Source: Vibrio vulnificus CMCP6 (GTDB lineage Bacteria; Pseudomonadota; Gammaproteobacteria; Enterobacterales; Vibrionaceae). Taken from it: a DNA stretch of 32,000 nt. The stretch covers positions 870,001 through 902,000 of the forward strand of contig NC_004460.2 of NCBI RefSeq assembly GCF_000039765.1, in the 5' to 3' direction. How positions within the stretch are numbered: position 1 is the stretch's first letter; each line of letters opens with the position of its first letter. The position numbers and the translations under genes are program-made. This document shows, in pieces, positions 1-9,800 of the stretch. The notes beneath the pieces are model-generated. The model was not told where the DNA came from, made no database searches, and saw only the letters and a program-made list of their open reading frames with translations.

Positions 1-185
1 CTCGCGACCAAAACGTGCTCTGCGGCCTGAGTGTATCCAGTGATATTGAGCAGGTTACTGATCAAGATACTAAATGCAGAAATCAACGAGATTGGTAATA
101 GCATGACAAATGTATTACATAACCCGTTTAAATAAGCATTGCTGGATAACGTTGTTAGAAGAGAAATTAAGGGTGATTTTTTCAT
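1..185 (-). CDS. PTS EIIC component (lactose/cellobiose family), N-terminal fragment running off the left edge
   Basis: Not in the ORF track because it is cut by the window edge. An ATG at 185..183 opens a frame to position 1: MKKSPLISLLTTLSSNAYLNGLCNTFVMLLPISLISAFSILISNLLNITGYTQAAEHVLVA. The segment YLNGLCNTFVMLLPISLISAFSILISN parallels the N-terminal motif of E. coli ChbC ([27 protein letters not shown], recalled from memory). There is no clear Shine-Dalgarno, so the start is uncertain. Confidence 0.4.
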   Translation of the reverse strand, partial: MKKSPLISLLTTLSSNAYLNGLCNTFVMLLPISLISAFSILISNLLNITGYTQAAEHVLVA

Positions 186-446
186 TAGACCAGATTATTC
201 CAAACACCAGGTCTTAAGGCATCTTTTCTTTATTTTTATAGAGAATTGAATTCCAAGACAAATTTAGAAGAATTAGCCACCTGAAATTCCATTTAAGTTC
301 AACTGAAAACAGTAGAAAGTTGATCGTTCAACTGAGGCAAAATACATTCATCACTATTATTTCAATCCTTGTTGTATTTATATATAAAATAAACAAAAGA
401 TAAATATGACAAGATGAACTATCATTCCAAATTATGACAACGCCAC

Positions 447-477
447 AATTAGGGGCGTGAACATTACGCCCCTAATT
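447..477 (-). terminator. Stem-loop downstream of the MscS-family gene (candidate terminator)
   Basis: Perfect 12-bp stem: aattaggggcgt (447..458) pairs with acgcccctaatt (466..477), with a 7-nt loop. It lies 44 nt past the stop at 521. There is no clean U-tract on the minus strand, so it may only be a stabilising hairpin. Confidence 0.35.
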
Positions 478-520
478 TGGCATCGTCCATTCAAGATTTC
501 AATCCTGACGATAGTGATTT

Positions 521-1366
521 TCAATTAATTGAACGAGGATAACATTCTTCATAGAGGGACATAAAATCTTGACGAATCAAGCTTTCAAGATGAACAGCCT
601 TTTCCGTAGGACAGAAAATCATAAAATTCACCACTTGCTCGCCTGCGGCTGCGCTCGTGATATGAATATGAGGCTCTGCTCCTGGCAAATCAACGCCAGC
701 GTGTTTTTCGATCATCGTATTATAACGTTTTGCAACGTCTAAAAAATAATGACAGTGTTCTTCGATTTTAATTTCTAAATCAGCCAGCAAAGGATAAAGA
801 TTCACAAAATCCGGCACCACAATTGAAAAATGATGGTACACATAACGCTTCATAAAATTGAGGTTTTTTACCGGATAAGTAAAAAACATGCTATTCGGCA
901 AGGTAATCGTCTTCCCTGTGTAATGATATTGCCCGTGATGCAAATCGATTTCTTGGATCACGGTCGCCATCATATTGTGATCTATCACTTCACCGGCAAT
1001 TTTTCCCACTTCAATCCAGTCGCCGACTCGGAAAGAGCGAGAACTGGCTCGCTGGATAGAACCGGTAAAACAGAGAATAATTTCTTTCGACGCCACCACA
1101 ATCGCAACGGCAATGGCGGTCACCGATAGCGCAAACTGGTTGATTTCCGATTGCCACAAAACAAACAGAATTAAGCTGGTGATGGCAAAGGCACCGTTTT
1201 TTGTCCGAGACATCCAACTGCGCTGCTTCTCGGTGATAAATGCCGCTTCCCCACGGATACGAGACAGCACTAACTGCCTAATCATGATAATGAACAGGAT
1301 GATCAGTGCGGTGAAAAAAAGCTTATGTTGAAGCAAGAAATCAATAACGAGCTGTAACTTTTGCAA
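521..1366 (-). CDS. Small-conductance mechanosensitive channel, MscS family
   Basis: 281-aa ORF with N-terminal TM helices followed by the MscS beta-domain pattern (FRVGDWIEVGKIAGEVIDHNMMATVIQE...TITLPNS). The size matches MscS-like proteins. Confidence 0.85.
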   Translation of the reverse strand: MQKLQLVIDFLLQHKLFFTALIILFIIMIRQLVLSRIRGEAAFITEKQRSWMSRTKNGAFAITSLILFVLWQSEINQFALSVTAIAVAIVVASKEIILCFTGSIQRASSRSFRVGDWIEVGKIAGEVIDHNMMATVIQEIDLHHGQYHYTGKTITLPNSMFFTYPVKNLNFMKRYVYHHFSIVVPDFVNLYPLLADLEIKIEEHCHYFLDVAKRYNTMIEKHAGVDLPGAEPHIHITSAAAGEQVVNFMIFCPTEKAVHLESLIRQDFMSLYEECYPRSIN

Positions 1367-1577
1367 CTTATGTCCTTAGATGTACTGCGATTCTGAGTTG
1401 GTGTCCAAGCGCCATCACTTTATAAAAAGCAAATCCAGAGCGCAATTTGCAGATGAAAAAACGTTAACCACTGGCGATTTCTAGCAAATATCACTCATTT
1501 ATAAGATAAGTAAGCGCAAAATAGAAAACACCTCAAGGGAAAGCTATGCGCCGTTTCCTCTGATTAACGTGAATGAT

Positions 1578-2045
1578 TTAACGGTATTTGGCTGAGGTAA
1601 TGAACTGACTGAAGGTTTCACACCAAACGATCGCCGTTGTGTAGTTTGCCACGTCAACATCACTTGGAATGGGCAGAATAAAGCGGTCAAATGTTTTGAC
1701 ATCTCCAACACGGACCAACTGCTCTTTGTTGGCTAAGAAGTCAGCTTCTGTCTCAATAAACGTTGGCGATAGATAAAGCTTATAGTCGGGACCTGGAGCG
1801 AGTTCACCCAAAAAAGCAATACTTTGCGCATCAATCACAAGCTTACCTTCTCCCCAATGTAAGAAATCGCTGTCAGCACGATCGCGGCTAAATTCCCCTT
1901 GATAACTTGGGGCAAGCATGACGCTTGCAACCGCCTGTTGAGAGGGGCTCGTAGGTTGAATCAAAATCGGCAGAAGATAAATCCCTAACCCAATACCACA
2001 AACCAACATCGCGATGTGAGAAATGATTAAAAGTCCGTATTTCAT
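1578..2045 (-). CDS. DM13 domain-containing membrane-anchored protein
   Basis: One N-terminal TM helix, then GEFSRDRADSDFLHWGEGKLVI...APGPDYKLYLS...ANYTTAIVWCETFSQFITSAKY, which is typical of the DM13 fold. The start was moved to ATG 2045 (MKYGLL...) because AGGAA lies upstream of it. The track start at 2078 has no RBS. Confidence 0.7.
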   Translation of the reverse strand: MKYGLLIISHIAMLVCGIGLGIYLLPILIQPTSPSQQAVASVMLAPSYQGEFSRDRADSDFLHWGEGKLVIDAQSIAFLGELAPGPDYKLYLSPTFIETEADFLANKEQLVRVGDVKTFDRFILPIPSDVDVANYTTAIVWCETFSQFITSAKYR

Positions 2046-2139
2046 GCTCTGTGTTCCTGTTTCTTTTTCTACCATCAACTTTTAACGTGCTTCAACGTGT
2101 AACGCTTGGCGAATCAAAGATTGTCGTGACGATGGGTGA

Positions 2140-2215
2140 TGTTGGTTTTAAATTGGGTGAATGAATAGAGAGTATATACCCAAGTGACTTCAAGATGCTG
2201 GGATCTAGGCGGTAT
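2140..2215. repeat. ERIC-like intergenic repeat, copy A
   Basis: Contains atatacccaagtgacttcaaga (2174..2195), which is identical to 13444..13465. Weaker similarity continues for about 20 nt (gctgggatctag versus gcaggattcag). The upstream ttggttttaaattgggtgaat resembles the other arm of copy B. Outer boundaries are approximate. Confidence 0.5.
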
Positions 2216-2243
2216 CATCAACATCAAATCAATACACATCAAG

Positions 2244-2278
2244 AGAAAGAAAAGTCCGAAGGTTATCACCCTCGGACT
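2244..2278 (-). terminator. Rho-independent terminator of the NlpE-like gene
   Basis: On the minus strand, agtccgaggg / ccttcggact form a stem (2253..2262 with 2270..2278) and a 7-nt loop, followed by TTTTCTTTCTC. It lies 52 nt after the stop at 2330. Confidence 0.7.
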
Positions 2279-2329
2279 AGATTAGAGCATTCAACATAGG
2301 TCCTAATGGGGGATCAGGTACACTTTTGC

Positions 2330-2836
2330 TTATTGCTTTTTAAGACGGTAGAAGTCGGCCAAATCACCCGTGATCTTCTGACCGTTGATGTCGAGCATCA
2401 TCAGCACATTTTCGCCAACGAAGTATTGGTTCAGTGACCCCTCTCCTTCCAATGTCACCACACTGCCACTCTCGTCCCAGTTAAAGTGGCCTTCAGACTT
2501 GAACGTACCATCTTGTTTGCCTTGATAAGTTTCTTCTAAAACGTAACTGCCATCGTTGTTCAATGTTAAGGTCACATCGATACCGCTGCAATCGGCGCAA
2601 GGTAGAGTACCAGTATACGTACCATTCCAGTCCAATGCATTTTTCGCATTGTGCGCACTATCGACAAACGTTTCAGTGGTCACAACATCCGTATCTGCAG
2701 ATTGGTTTGGCTCCACCACGACAACAGCTTGTGTCTCTTCGCTAGGCGTGGCTGCAGGGGCTTGTACTTGCTTGTCATCTTGGCAGCCCGCTAAAAGAAT
2801 CACCACACCACCTAACGCTAACATTGTCTTTTTCAT
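2330..2836 (-). CDS. Lipoprotein with NlpE (CutF) N-terminal domain
   Basis: Lipobox signal peptide MKKTMLALGGVVILLAGC, plus the NlpE N-domain signature YTGTLPCADCSGIDVTLTLNNDGSY. Confidence 0.75.
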   Translation of the reverse strand: MKKTMLALGGVVILLAGCQDDKQVQAPAATPSEETQAVVVVEPNQSADTDVVTTETFVDSAHNAKNALDWNGTYTGTLPCADCSGIDVTLTLNNDGSYVLEETYQGKQDGTFKSEGHFNWDESGSVVTLEGEGSLNQYFVGENVLMMLDINGQKITGDLADFYRLKKQ

Positions 2837-3015
2837 TTGATATTCTCCATATCCATCACTGTCACTCTATAGTAGCGAGCCTTTCAATTTTCACGTCAAT
2901 AGAAAGTCATGCTGTGATCGTTTCCGGTTAGAAATTCTCTGTAATGTCAATATTGTGTTGTCAAGAAAACGCCAACTGCTCACACCAGTAGGAGACACTA
3001 CTAAAGCGATTAAAT

Positions 3016-3053
3016 AGTGAACAATAATTTAACAAACTAAATTTTTATACATT
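3016..3053 (+). promoter_or_regulatory. Putative tandem ARG boxes (ArgR operator) upstream of artP
   Basis: Two 18-mers start 20 bp apart: AGTGAACAATAATTTAAC (3016..3033) and ACTAAATTTTTATACATT (3036..3053). Each matches about 12/14 core positions of TGAAT-W4-ATTCA. E. coli art genes are ArgR-regulated. Confidence 0.4.
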
Positions 3054-3057
3054 TTTA

Positions 3058-3085
3058 TTGCATAGATCAGCAAAAATGCTAGCAT
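3058..3085 (+). promoter_or_regulatory. Candidate sigma70 promoter of artPIQM
   Basis: TTGCAT (3058..3063), a 16-nt spacer, then an extended -10 TGcTAGCAT (3077..3085). It lies immediately downstream of the ARG boxes. Confidence 0.3.
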
Positions 3086-3118
3086 AAGCCAAAATGACAA
3101 CCGATGCAGATTAGTAGC

Positions 3119-3847
3119 ATGTCTATTCAAGTAAAAAGCGTTAATAAATCTTATGGTTCCAACCAAATTTTGCACAACATTAGCTTTGAGTGTGCGAAAG
3201 GCGAAACATTGGTTTTACTTGGCCCAAGCGGTGCGGGTAAGAGTTCTCTACTGCGTGTGTTGAACTTACTTGAATCCGCTGACAACGGCCAACTGACCAT
3301 CGCGAATCAAGCCTTTGATTTTGCTTCTTCTCCAAGTGAAGCCGATGGCCTGCTGCTGCGTCGAAAAGTCGGCATGGTGTTTCAACAATACAACCTCTGG
3401 CCACATCTCACTGTGATTGAGAACCTGATTGAAGCGCCGATACGAGTACTGGGCGTCGCTAAAGCAGAGGCGATTGAGCAAGCAAGAGAAATTTTGGCGA
3501 CCTTGCAGCTAGCGGATAAAGCGGATGCATGGCCGTTGCAACTTTCTGGTGGCCAACAGCAGCGTGTTGCTATCGCGAGAGCATTAATGATGAAACCGGA
3601 AGTGCTGCTTTTTGATGAGCCTACCGCCGCTTTGGATCCTGAAATCACGAATCAAGTCGTGAAGATCATTTCAGGCCTGAGTGATACTGGCATCACCCAA
3701 GTTGTCGTTACTCACGAAGTCGATTTCGCTAAGAAAATCGCTAGCCATGTCCTTTATCTCGAAAAAGGTCATATCGTTGAGCACGGCACCAAACAAGCTT
3801 TCAGCGAACCGCAAACCCGCGCGTTTGCCGAATATTTAAAACACTAA
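3119..3847 (+). CDS. artP: Arginine ABC transporter ATP-binding protein ArtP
   Basis: Near-collinear with E. coli ArtP. It has MSIQ... at the start, Walker [10 protein letters not shown], the signature [15 protein letters not shown], Walker B LLLFDEPT, and the C-terminal [15 protein letters not shown]. The start was set at 3119 (MSIQ) by homology rather than at the track ATG 3104. Confidence 0.9.
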   Translation: MSIQVKSVNKSYGSNQILHNISFECAKGETLVLLGPSGAGKSSLLRVLNLLESADNGQLTIANQAFDFASSPSEADGLLLRRKVGMVFQQYNLWPHLTVIENLIEAPIRVLGVAKAEAIEQAREILATLQLADKADAWPLQLSGGQQQRVAIARALMMKPEVLLFDEPTAALDPEITNQVVKIISGLSDTGITQVVVTHEVDFAKKIASHVLYLEKGHIVEHGTKQAFSEPQTRAFAEYLKH

Positions 3848-3970
3848 CAACCCATCCAATCGGTTTAGTTTGATGGCGACAAATCGCGCCAAACCTGAAC
3901 AGAACGGAAATGACGATAAGCTGACTGTTCGTCTTTGACGTCAGCGCACAGATAGACACGGAGTATTGCA

Positions 3971-4702
3971 ATGAAAAAAATTTTACTGGCGTCCCTTATC
4001 GGCCTTGTTTCTGCCAATGCAGCAGCGCAACAAGAGATTAAATTTGCGATGGAAGCCACCTACGCACCATTCGAATACATGGATGAGAATAATCAAATCC
4101 AAGGTTTCGACGTCGATTTAGCGAACGCACTTTGTCAGCAACTGGACGCAAGCTGTTCCTTCCATAACCAAGCCTTCGACAGCTTGATTCCTGCTCTGAA
4201 ATTCAAACGTTATGATGCAGCAATCTCAGCAATGGACATTACCGATGCACGTTTAGAACAAGTGGCTTTTAGCGATGCGTACTACGACAACTCAGCGGCT
4301 TTCGTGTCATTTGCAGGCAAGGTCGCCGACCAAGCAGCACTGAAAGGCAAACGTGTGGGCGTACAAAATGGCTCTACTCACCAAAGCTTTTTGCTAGAAC
4401 AAATGACTGGCGTTACTGCCGTACCATACGCAAGCTATCAAGATGCGTTTCTTGATATGAAAAATGGCCGTATCGATTCCGTGTTTGGTGATACTGCTGT
4501 TGTGGCAGAATGGTTCAAGAAAGAAAACAATCTCGCTTATGTCGGCGAGCACGTCACCAACGCACAATACTTTGGTAATGGCTTTGGTATCGCGGTCAAC
4601 AAAGACAACCAAGCCTTGGTCGACCAACTGAATGCCGCTCTAAAAGCGGTAAAAGCAAACGGCGAATACCAAGCAATCTTCAATAAGTACTTCGGTAACT
4701 AA
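3971..4702 (+). CDS. artI: Arginine-binding periplasmic protein (ArtI/ArtJ)
   Basis: Signal peptide, then [33 protein letters not shown]...[11 protein letters not shown]...GVQNGSTHQ...[10 protein letters not shown]. This is strong collinear similarity to E. coli ArtI/ArtJ. Confidence 0.9.
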   Translation: MKKILLASLIGLVSANAAAQQEIKFAMEATYAPFEYMDENNQIQGFDVDLANALCQQLDASCSFHNQAFDSLIPALKFKRYDAAISAMDITDARLEQVAFSDAYYDNSAAFVSFAGKVADQAALKGKRVGVQNGSTHQSFLLEQMTGVTAVPYASYQDAFLDMKNGRIDSVFGDTAVVAEWFKKENNLAYVGEHVTNAQYFGNGFGIAVNKDNQALVDQLNAALKAVKANGEYQAIFNKYFGN

Positions 4703-4703
4703 T

Positions 4704-5393
4704 ATGGCATTAACGGGTTACTCTCTTTCTCTCGTCCAAGCAAGCTGGATGACCATCCAGCTTGCGCTGGTCAGCTTAGCCGTCGGTTTAGTGTTAGCGG
4801 TTGTTTTCGCTGGTGGCGAGATGACTCGCCACCGATTAGTGAAATGGCCAACTACTGCGCTGGTGACGGTGCTACGCGGCTTGCCTGAGCTTTTGGTGGT
4901 GCTGTTCATCTACTTTGGCTCAACACAAGTTCTGTTTCTACTGACTGGCGATTTTATCGAGGTAAGCCCGTTTCTTTCTGGTGTGATTGCCCTTTCTTTG
5001 ATTTTTGCTTCTTACGCTTCTCAGACCATTCGCGGCGCATTGAAAGCCGTTAATAAAGGCCAACGTGAAGCGGCCAGTGCTCTAGGCATGAGTAAAAGTC
5101 GTACTTTTTTTAGAATTGTGTTACCCCAAGCGGTGCGCCATGCGCTGCCAGGACTCACCAACCAATGGTTGGTGTTATTGAAAGACACGGCGTTGGTGTC
5201 ATTAATCGGCGTGACGGATCTTCTCAAACAAGCGCAACTGACGTCGGCGGCCACTCATGAAGCGTTTACTTGGTATGCCACCGCTGCGGCCATTTACTTA
5301 GTCATCACGCTTGTAACCCAGCGCGCAGTAAAAATCATCGATGCCAAATTTTCCGCACAAGGATTGAGTCTTGATCAAGGAGCCAAAGCATGA
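4704..5393 (+). CDS. artQ: Arginine ABC transporter permease ArtQ
   Basis: 229-aa polytopic protein with an EAA-type loop ([22 protein letters not shown]). Its position after artI matches the operon order. Confidence 0.9.
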   Translation: MALTGYSLSLVQASWMTIQLALVSLAVGLVLAVVFAGGEMTRHRLVKWPTTALVTVLRGLPELLVVLFIYFGSTQVLFLLTGDFIEVSPFLSGVIALSLIFASYASQTIRGALKAVNKGQREAASALGMSKSRTFFRIVLPQAVRHALPGLTNQWLVLLKDTALVSLIGVTDLLKQAQLTSAATHEAFTWYATAAAIYLVITLVTQRAVKIIDAKFSAQGLSLDQGAKA

Positions 5394-6058
5394 AAGAACA
5401 ACATCTCTGGCAACTGTTAGAAGGCTTAGTCACCAGCCTTGAGCTGACAGCGGTTTCACTGTTGGTGGGCTGTATTTTATCGTTACTGATGACCGCGACG
5501 CTTATTCTACGCACGCCACTTTTACACTGGTTCAGTCGCGGTGTGATCACCTTGTTCACCGGCACGCCACTGCTCGTGCAGATTTTCCTGATCTATTACG
5601 GCCCAGGCCAGTTTGACGCCATTCGCGACAGCTTTGTTTGGCAATGGCTAAGCCAGCCTTGGTTTTGTGCCATGCTAGCACTGGCTCTAAACACGGCCGC
5701 ATACAGCACCCAATTGTTCAAAGGCGCATTCAACGCGATTCCATCAGGGCAGTGGCAAGCTTGTCGCGCGCTTGGGATGAACAAATTAGTGACATTGAAG
5801 GTGTTGCTACCTTACGCACTGCGCCGCGCCGTACCGGCTTATTCCAACGAAGTCATTTTGGTGTTCAAAGGTACCTCGTTAGCGAGCACCATCACCATCA
5901 TGGATCTGATGGGATACGCGCAACGCATTAATGCGCAAACTTACGATACCTTGACGGTATTTGGTGTGGCCGGTGCTTTTTATCTCACCATCAACGCCAT
6001 CATGACGCTGATTTTCCGCCAGGTAGAGAAAAAAGCGCTCGCGTTTGAAGCACACTGA
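5390..6058 (+). CDS. artM: Arginine ABC transporter permease ArtM
   Basis: 222-aa permease with the loop [25 protein letters not shown]. It overlaps artQ by 4 nt (ATGA), which suggests translational coupling. Confidence 0.9.
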   Translation: MKEQHLWQLLEGLVTSLELTAVSLLVGCILSLLMTATLILRTPLLHWFSRGVITLFTGTPLLVQIFLIYYGPGQFDAIRDSFVWQWLSQPWFCAMLALALNTAAYSTQLFKGAFNAIPSGQWQACRALGMNKLVTLKVLLPYALRRAVPAYSNEVILVFKGTSLASTITIMDLMGYAQRINAQTYDTLTVFGVAGAFYLTINAIMTLIFRQVEKKALAFEAH

Positions 6059-6081
6059 AAAGCCTATCTTGCATCACATTT

Positions 6082-6114
6082 CGGCCGAAAAATTTCCATC
6101 TTTTCGGCCGTTTA
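6082..6114 (+). terminator. Rho-independent terminator of the art operon
   Basis: Perfect 10-bp stem: cggccgaaaa (6082..6091) pairs with ttttcggccg (6101..6110), with a 9-nt loop followed by ttta. It lies 24 nt after the artM stop. Confidence 0.6.
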
Positions 6115-6241
6115 GCCGCTAAATGTTCTATTCGGTCGCTTTTTTGACGACAACTAGCCGCGTTCTCACTTTTCCCCTCTTCGTTGCCTATCTTTTGCTC
6201 TAAAGTAATGCTATCGCAATGCCAATTTTTTAGGAGAAGAG

Positions 6242-6802
6242 ATGGGAAAACAGTATTTGGAGTTAATGCCACAACATATCGACTTTATTCAACAGCAAAA
6301 GATTTTCTTCGTCGCAACCGCCGCGGAAACAGGCAGCGTCAATCTCTCCCCAAAAGGAGGAGACTCGCTAAGAGTTATCGACCATAAAACCATTGTTTGG
6401 CAAAACTTAACGGGCAGTGGCAACGAGTCCGCGGCTCATACGATTAAAAATCCACGCATGACTCTCATGTGGTGTGCGTTTGAAGGCGCACCTGTGATTC
6501 TTCGCACTTACGGCAACGCCACCGTACTTCATCAAACTGACCCACTATGGCAAAAGTACCTTGCCCTTTTCCCAGCCAGCGTCGCTACGCGGCAACTGTT
6601 TGTGTTGGACATCAACCTAGTGCAATCCTCTTGTGGAATGTCGGTTCCATTGTTTGAGTATCAAGGTGATCGAGACGAACTGGCAGCATGGTCAGAGAAA
6701 CAAGGCAAAGAAGGCATTGAGGCCTATTGGCGCAAGAAAAATCAGCAAAGTATTGATGGTTTTGAAACGGAAATAATCATTCGCACGGGTATCGAGAATT
6801 GA
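6242..6802 (+). CDS. Pyridoxamine 5'-phosphate oxidase family (FMN-binding split-barrel) protein
   Basis: 186 aa. It contains FFVATAAETGSVNLSPKGG...NLTGSGNESAAHTIKNPRMTLMWCAF, typical of PNPOx-like proteins. An AGGAGAAGAG RBS lies upstream. Confidence 0.7.
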   Translation: MGKQYLELMPQHIDFIQQQKIFFVATAAETGSVNLSPKGGDSLRVIDHKTIVWQNLTGSGNESAAHTIKNPRMTLMWCAFEGAPVILRTYGNATVLHQTDPLWQKYLALFPASVATRQLFVLDINLVQSSCGMSVPLFEYQGDRDELAAWSEKQGKEGIEAYWRKKNQQSIDGFETEIIIRTGIEN

Positions 6803-6834
6803 TAAAAAAAGCCACCACTTTTCAGTGGTGGCTT
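6802..6834. terminator. Bidirectional terminator between convergent genes
   Basis: 11-bp stem: aagccaccact (6809..6819) pairs with agtggtggctt (6824..6834), with a 4-nt loop. An A7 run on the plus side gives a U-tract for the minus-strand chitinase transcript. Confidence 0.7.
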
Positions 6835-6860
6835 CGCTTGTCGACATGATTCGGTCGCAA

Positions 6861-9800
6861 TTATCGAGGATCAAGACCCAGCTTTTGCAGTACCAGTTTG
6901 AAGTTCTCGCGGCGTTCTTTCACGTTGTGAACATCACCTGTCGAACAGGTCAAATCCGGACAACCACGGTTAACGATACCTGAGACGTCATCGATAAATT
7001 GAGAGCCTTGCAGACCGCTGTCCACGTACTTCTTCAACTCATTGTAGTAGTTCCAATCCGCGTATTGACCACCTTCATCGTTGTAGGCTTGTACTGAGGT
7101 TACCCAGTAGAAAAGACCTGCGATCCACTTGATCTCTTTATTCTCTTCCGAGCTACAAATCAGACCTGGGTTAGAACAGAAATCCAATTCTGCGTAGAGT
7201 GGGTTCTCTGGTGGTGCTTCTACCGTGACACCGTCAATCGTTTTACCAATGGTTGATGGGTCAACGTGCGAGCGACCTAGGTAGTGGTTAAGCGTACCGA
7301 AGTTCTGACGACCTGTGGTTTGGATAACACCACGACCCCACCAGCCACAGCCTTCTACGCTTTCTTGGCTGCTGCCGTCCCAAATGAACTTACCGGCTTT
7401 CTGACCAACATAAGTCTTACATTCGTCGCGTTCCCACACTTGTTTTGACGTATCCACGTTTTCAGGAACATCGTTACAGTGACCGTTGTTGGTCCAACGA
7501 CCTGCCGCACCGTTCACCAATAAACCACGCTCTTCCAGCACGGCATCAGGCGCTGCAAAGACAGGAGCGGGTGCGCCATACCATTTCGCATGCGTCAGAG
7601 CACTCACTTCCATCTTGTCATCGCGAGGACAAGAGTACGCATGATCCAGACCAGAGACTGGGTTGACACCGTAATCTGCGTATTTCTGACCAAGTTGACC
7701 ACAGCTGGCGGTCATTGGGTAATCCGTTGGCGCGCCGTATTTCACTTCAGACCAGTTGTTTTCATCACAGGCGTTGTAACGAATCGTCTCTTGCATACTT
7801 TGTGCAAGGAACGCAGCAATCGCAACTTTCGCGTATTTGATGTTGGTCGCGTCATCGACTTCGTCGTCCATCAGCCAGAACTTGTTACCCGCCACACCAA
7901 TGTTGTGCATTGCGTTCAAGCCATCGAGGAAGTCGTTCCACTTGTACACCGTTGACGGAACCCACTGAGACTGTGGCGTTTCGTATAGGAAAGCTTCGTT
8001 GTTCATTACACTCTCAGCGTTGGCTAACTCTTGGTTTAACGCTTCAATGCGAGTCAATGAACCTTTCTCTAACTCTTCACCCACGTAGTACAGTGGCACT
8101 TTCGCCGTTTGATACAGTTCAATCTTGCTGGTGAGTGCAGGTGAGTCTTGATCAAACATCAGTGCAAACACGTTACTGTAAGCCGCTTTACGAATTTGCT
8201 GCTCACTTTGTGTATTGCCCATGAAGTAGTTCGCAGTTTGCTCTGTCGGCATGTTCGCGAGCATTGCCGGTGCTTCAACGTAATCTGTGACCTGTTTGAC
8301 GAACTCAAGCGCGTGATGCCACTGCGCGCTGGTTAGCGCCGCTGTCTCGCTCGACTTAGTAAACGCGACAAAGTCCGCTTTGTTTGCAGAATCCACTTTG
8401 TAAAGCTCGAAGCTATCCAGCAAATCCGCAGAGAAGACCGACGCTTCATCCCATACCGATTGACGGCCAGAATGCGTATCGTACGCGAACTCACCAATGC
8501 TCAATGACCAACCAAACGTCGCTTGTGGTGCAAGTGTCGTGAAGATCAAGTTGTGCGCATGCGCCCAGCCTTTCACATCGTCACTCAGTGCGTTGATCGC
8601 ATCAATATCAATACGGCTGCCCGTGATATCAATGGCGTTCGTCAGGGCTTGTTTAACCGCAACGGAACCAAACGACGCACCTTTGTCTCGCGTGGCAAGA
8701 TCCAAAACATCCGATTGAATCACGATAGATGCTGAGCCTGCGTTCTCGGCCTGCTCTAGGACAGAGACAAACGAACGAGTCAGTTGCTCTACGTCTGTTA
8801 ATGCATCACTGCTGCTTGCTGCAATAGTTAGCGTGCTTGGAGCTTGAGTGGATGGGCTCGCCACTACGAATGTGTTTGGCCAGCCAGCCACTTCTAGACG
8901 CACTGGGTCCATTGGGTTGCGCAATGATAGTGCAGGCGCAGTACCCGGCTCTGTACCGTCACAGTTTAGGTGCAATGACCACGAGCTATCACTGCCAGGA
9001 ACAGATTGCGTCCAGTAAACCGCTGAGTAAGCAATGTTTTTGTGCACCATAATGTCACCGCCAGTCGCGTGATCACCACGAGTCCAATCTGGGTACACGT
9101 TGAAATCGGCACACAACCCACCGGTTGGCGGAGGGGTCGGTGTTTCTACTTTTTCAACGGTGATGCTAACACGAGCGGTTGATGTGAGGTTTTGCGCATC
9201 GGTGGCCACCGCTTCAAGCGTGACATCACCAACTTGAGATGCCGTCCAGTTGCACGAGTATTGACTTTCCGTCGACGCGTTAAACTCACAAATTTGCTGG
9301 TTGTTTGCTGTTACGATAACGTGCGATAAGTCATCATCAGCGTCCGTTGCGCGAACGGTGATCGCAACGGTGTTACCGTCTTCAAACTTAGAGCCATTCG
9401 CTGGCGAAATAAAGCTCACTTCCGGGCTTACAAAGCTTGGCTCATCTTGAACAGAAACCGCAATGCTGCGCTGCTCAACCATTTGGTTATCCTGGCCTAG
9501 CACCACCACTTTGAGGGTTGCGTTACCCACTTCGCTCGGCGTCCAAGCGTACCAGTACGTCGTTTGGGTTGGAGTGATACTACGTTGACCTAGCTTGCGG
9601 TCGTTTGCCCAAAACTCAAGAGTGGAAATCAAATCACCGTCAACACGCGCTTGGATTGTTGTCGCCTGATCAACGGTAAGGGTTTGACCTTGTGTTGGCG
9701 CCACAAATGTCAATTCACGCACGACAGGATCGAGCGGTGGCTCAACCTGCTTCTCTTTGACCGTAATACTGACGGCTTGCTCTTGTGTTAGACCAGAGTG

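Noticed and set aside
297-335. The direct 10-mer gttcaactga repeated 29 bp apart, upstream of the truncated PTS gene.
   Set aside because: A single pair of short repeats in AT-rich DNA. It is a possible regulator site but is too weak to call.
3104-3118. An upstream ATG start for artP (MQISS-MSIQ...).
   Set aside because: E. coli ArtP begins MSIQ, and neither ATG has a good RBS. The homology-supported start at 3119 was chosen. This has little consequence.
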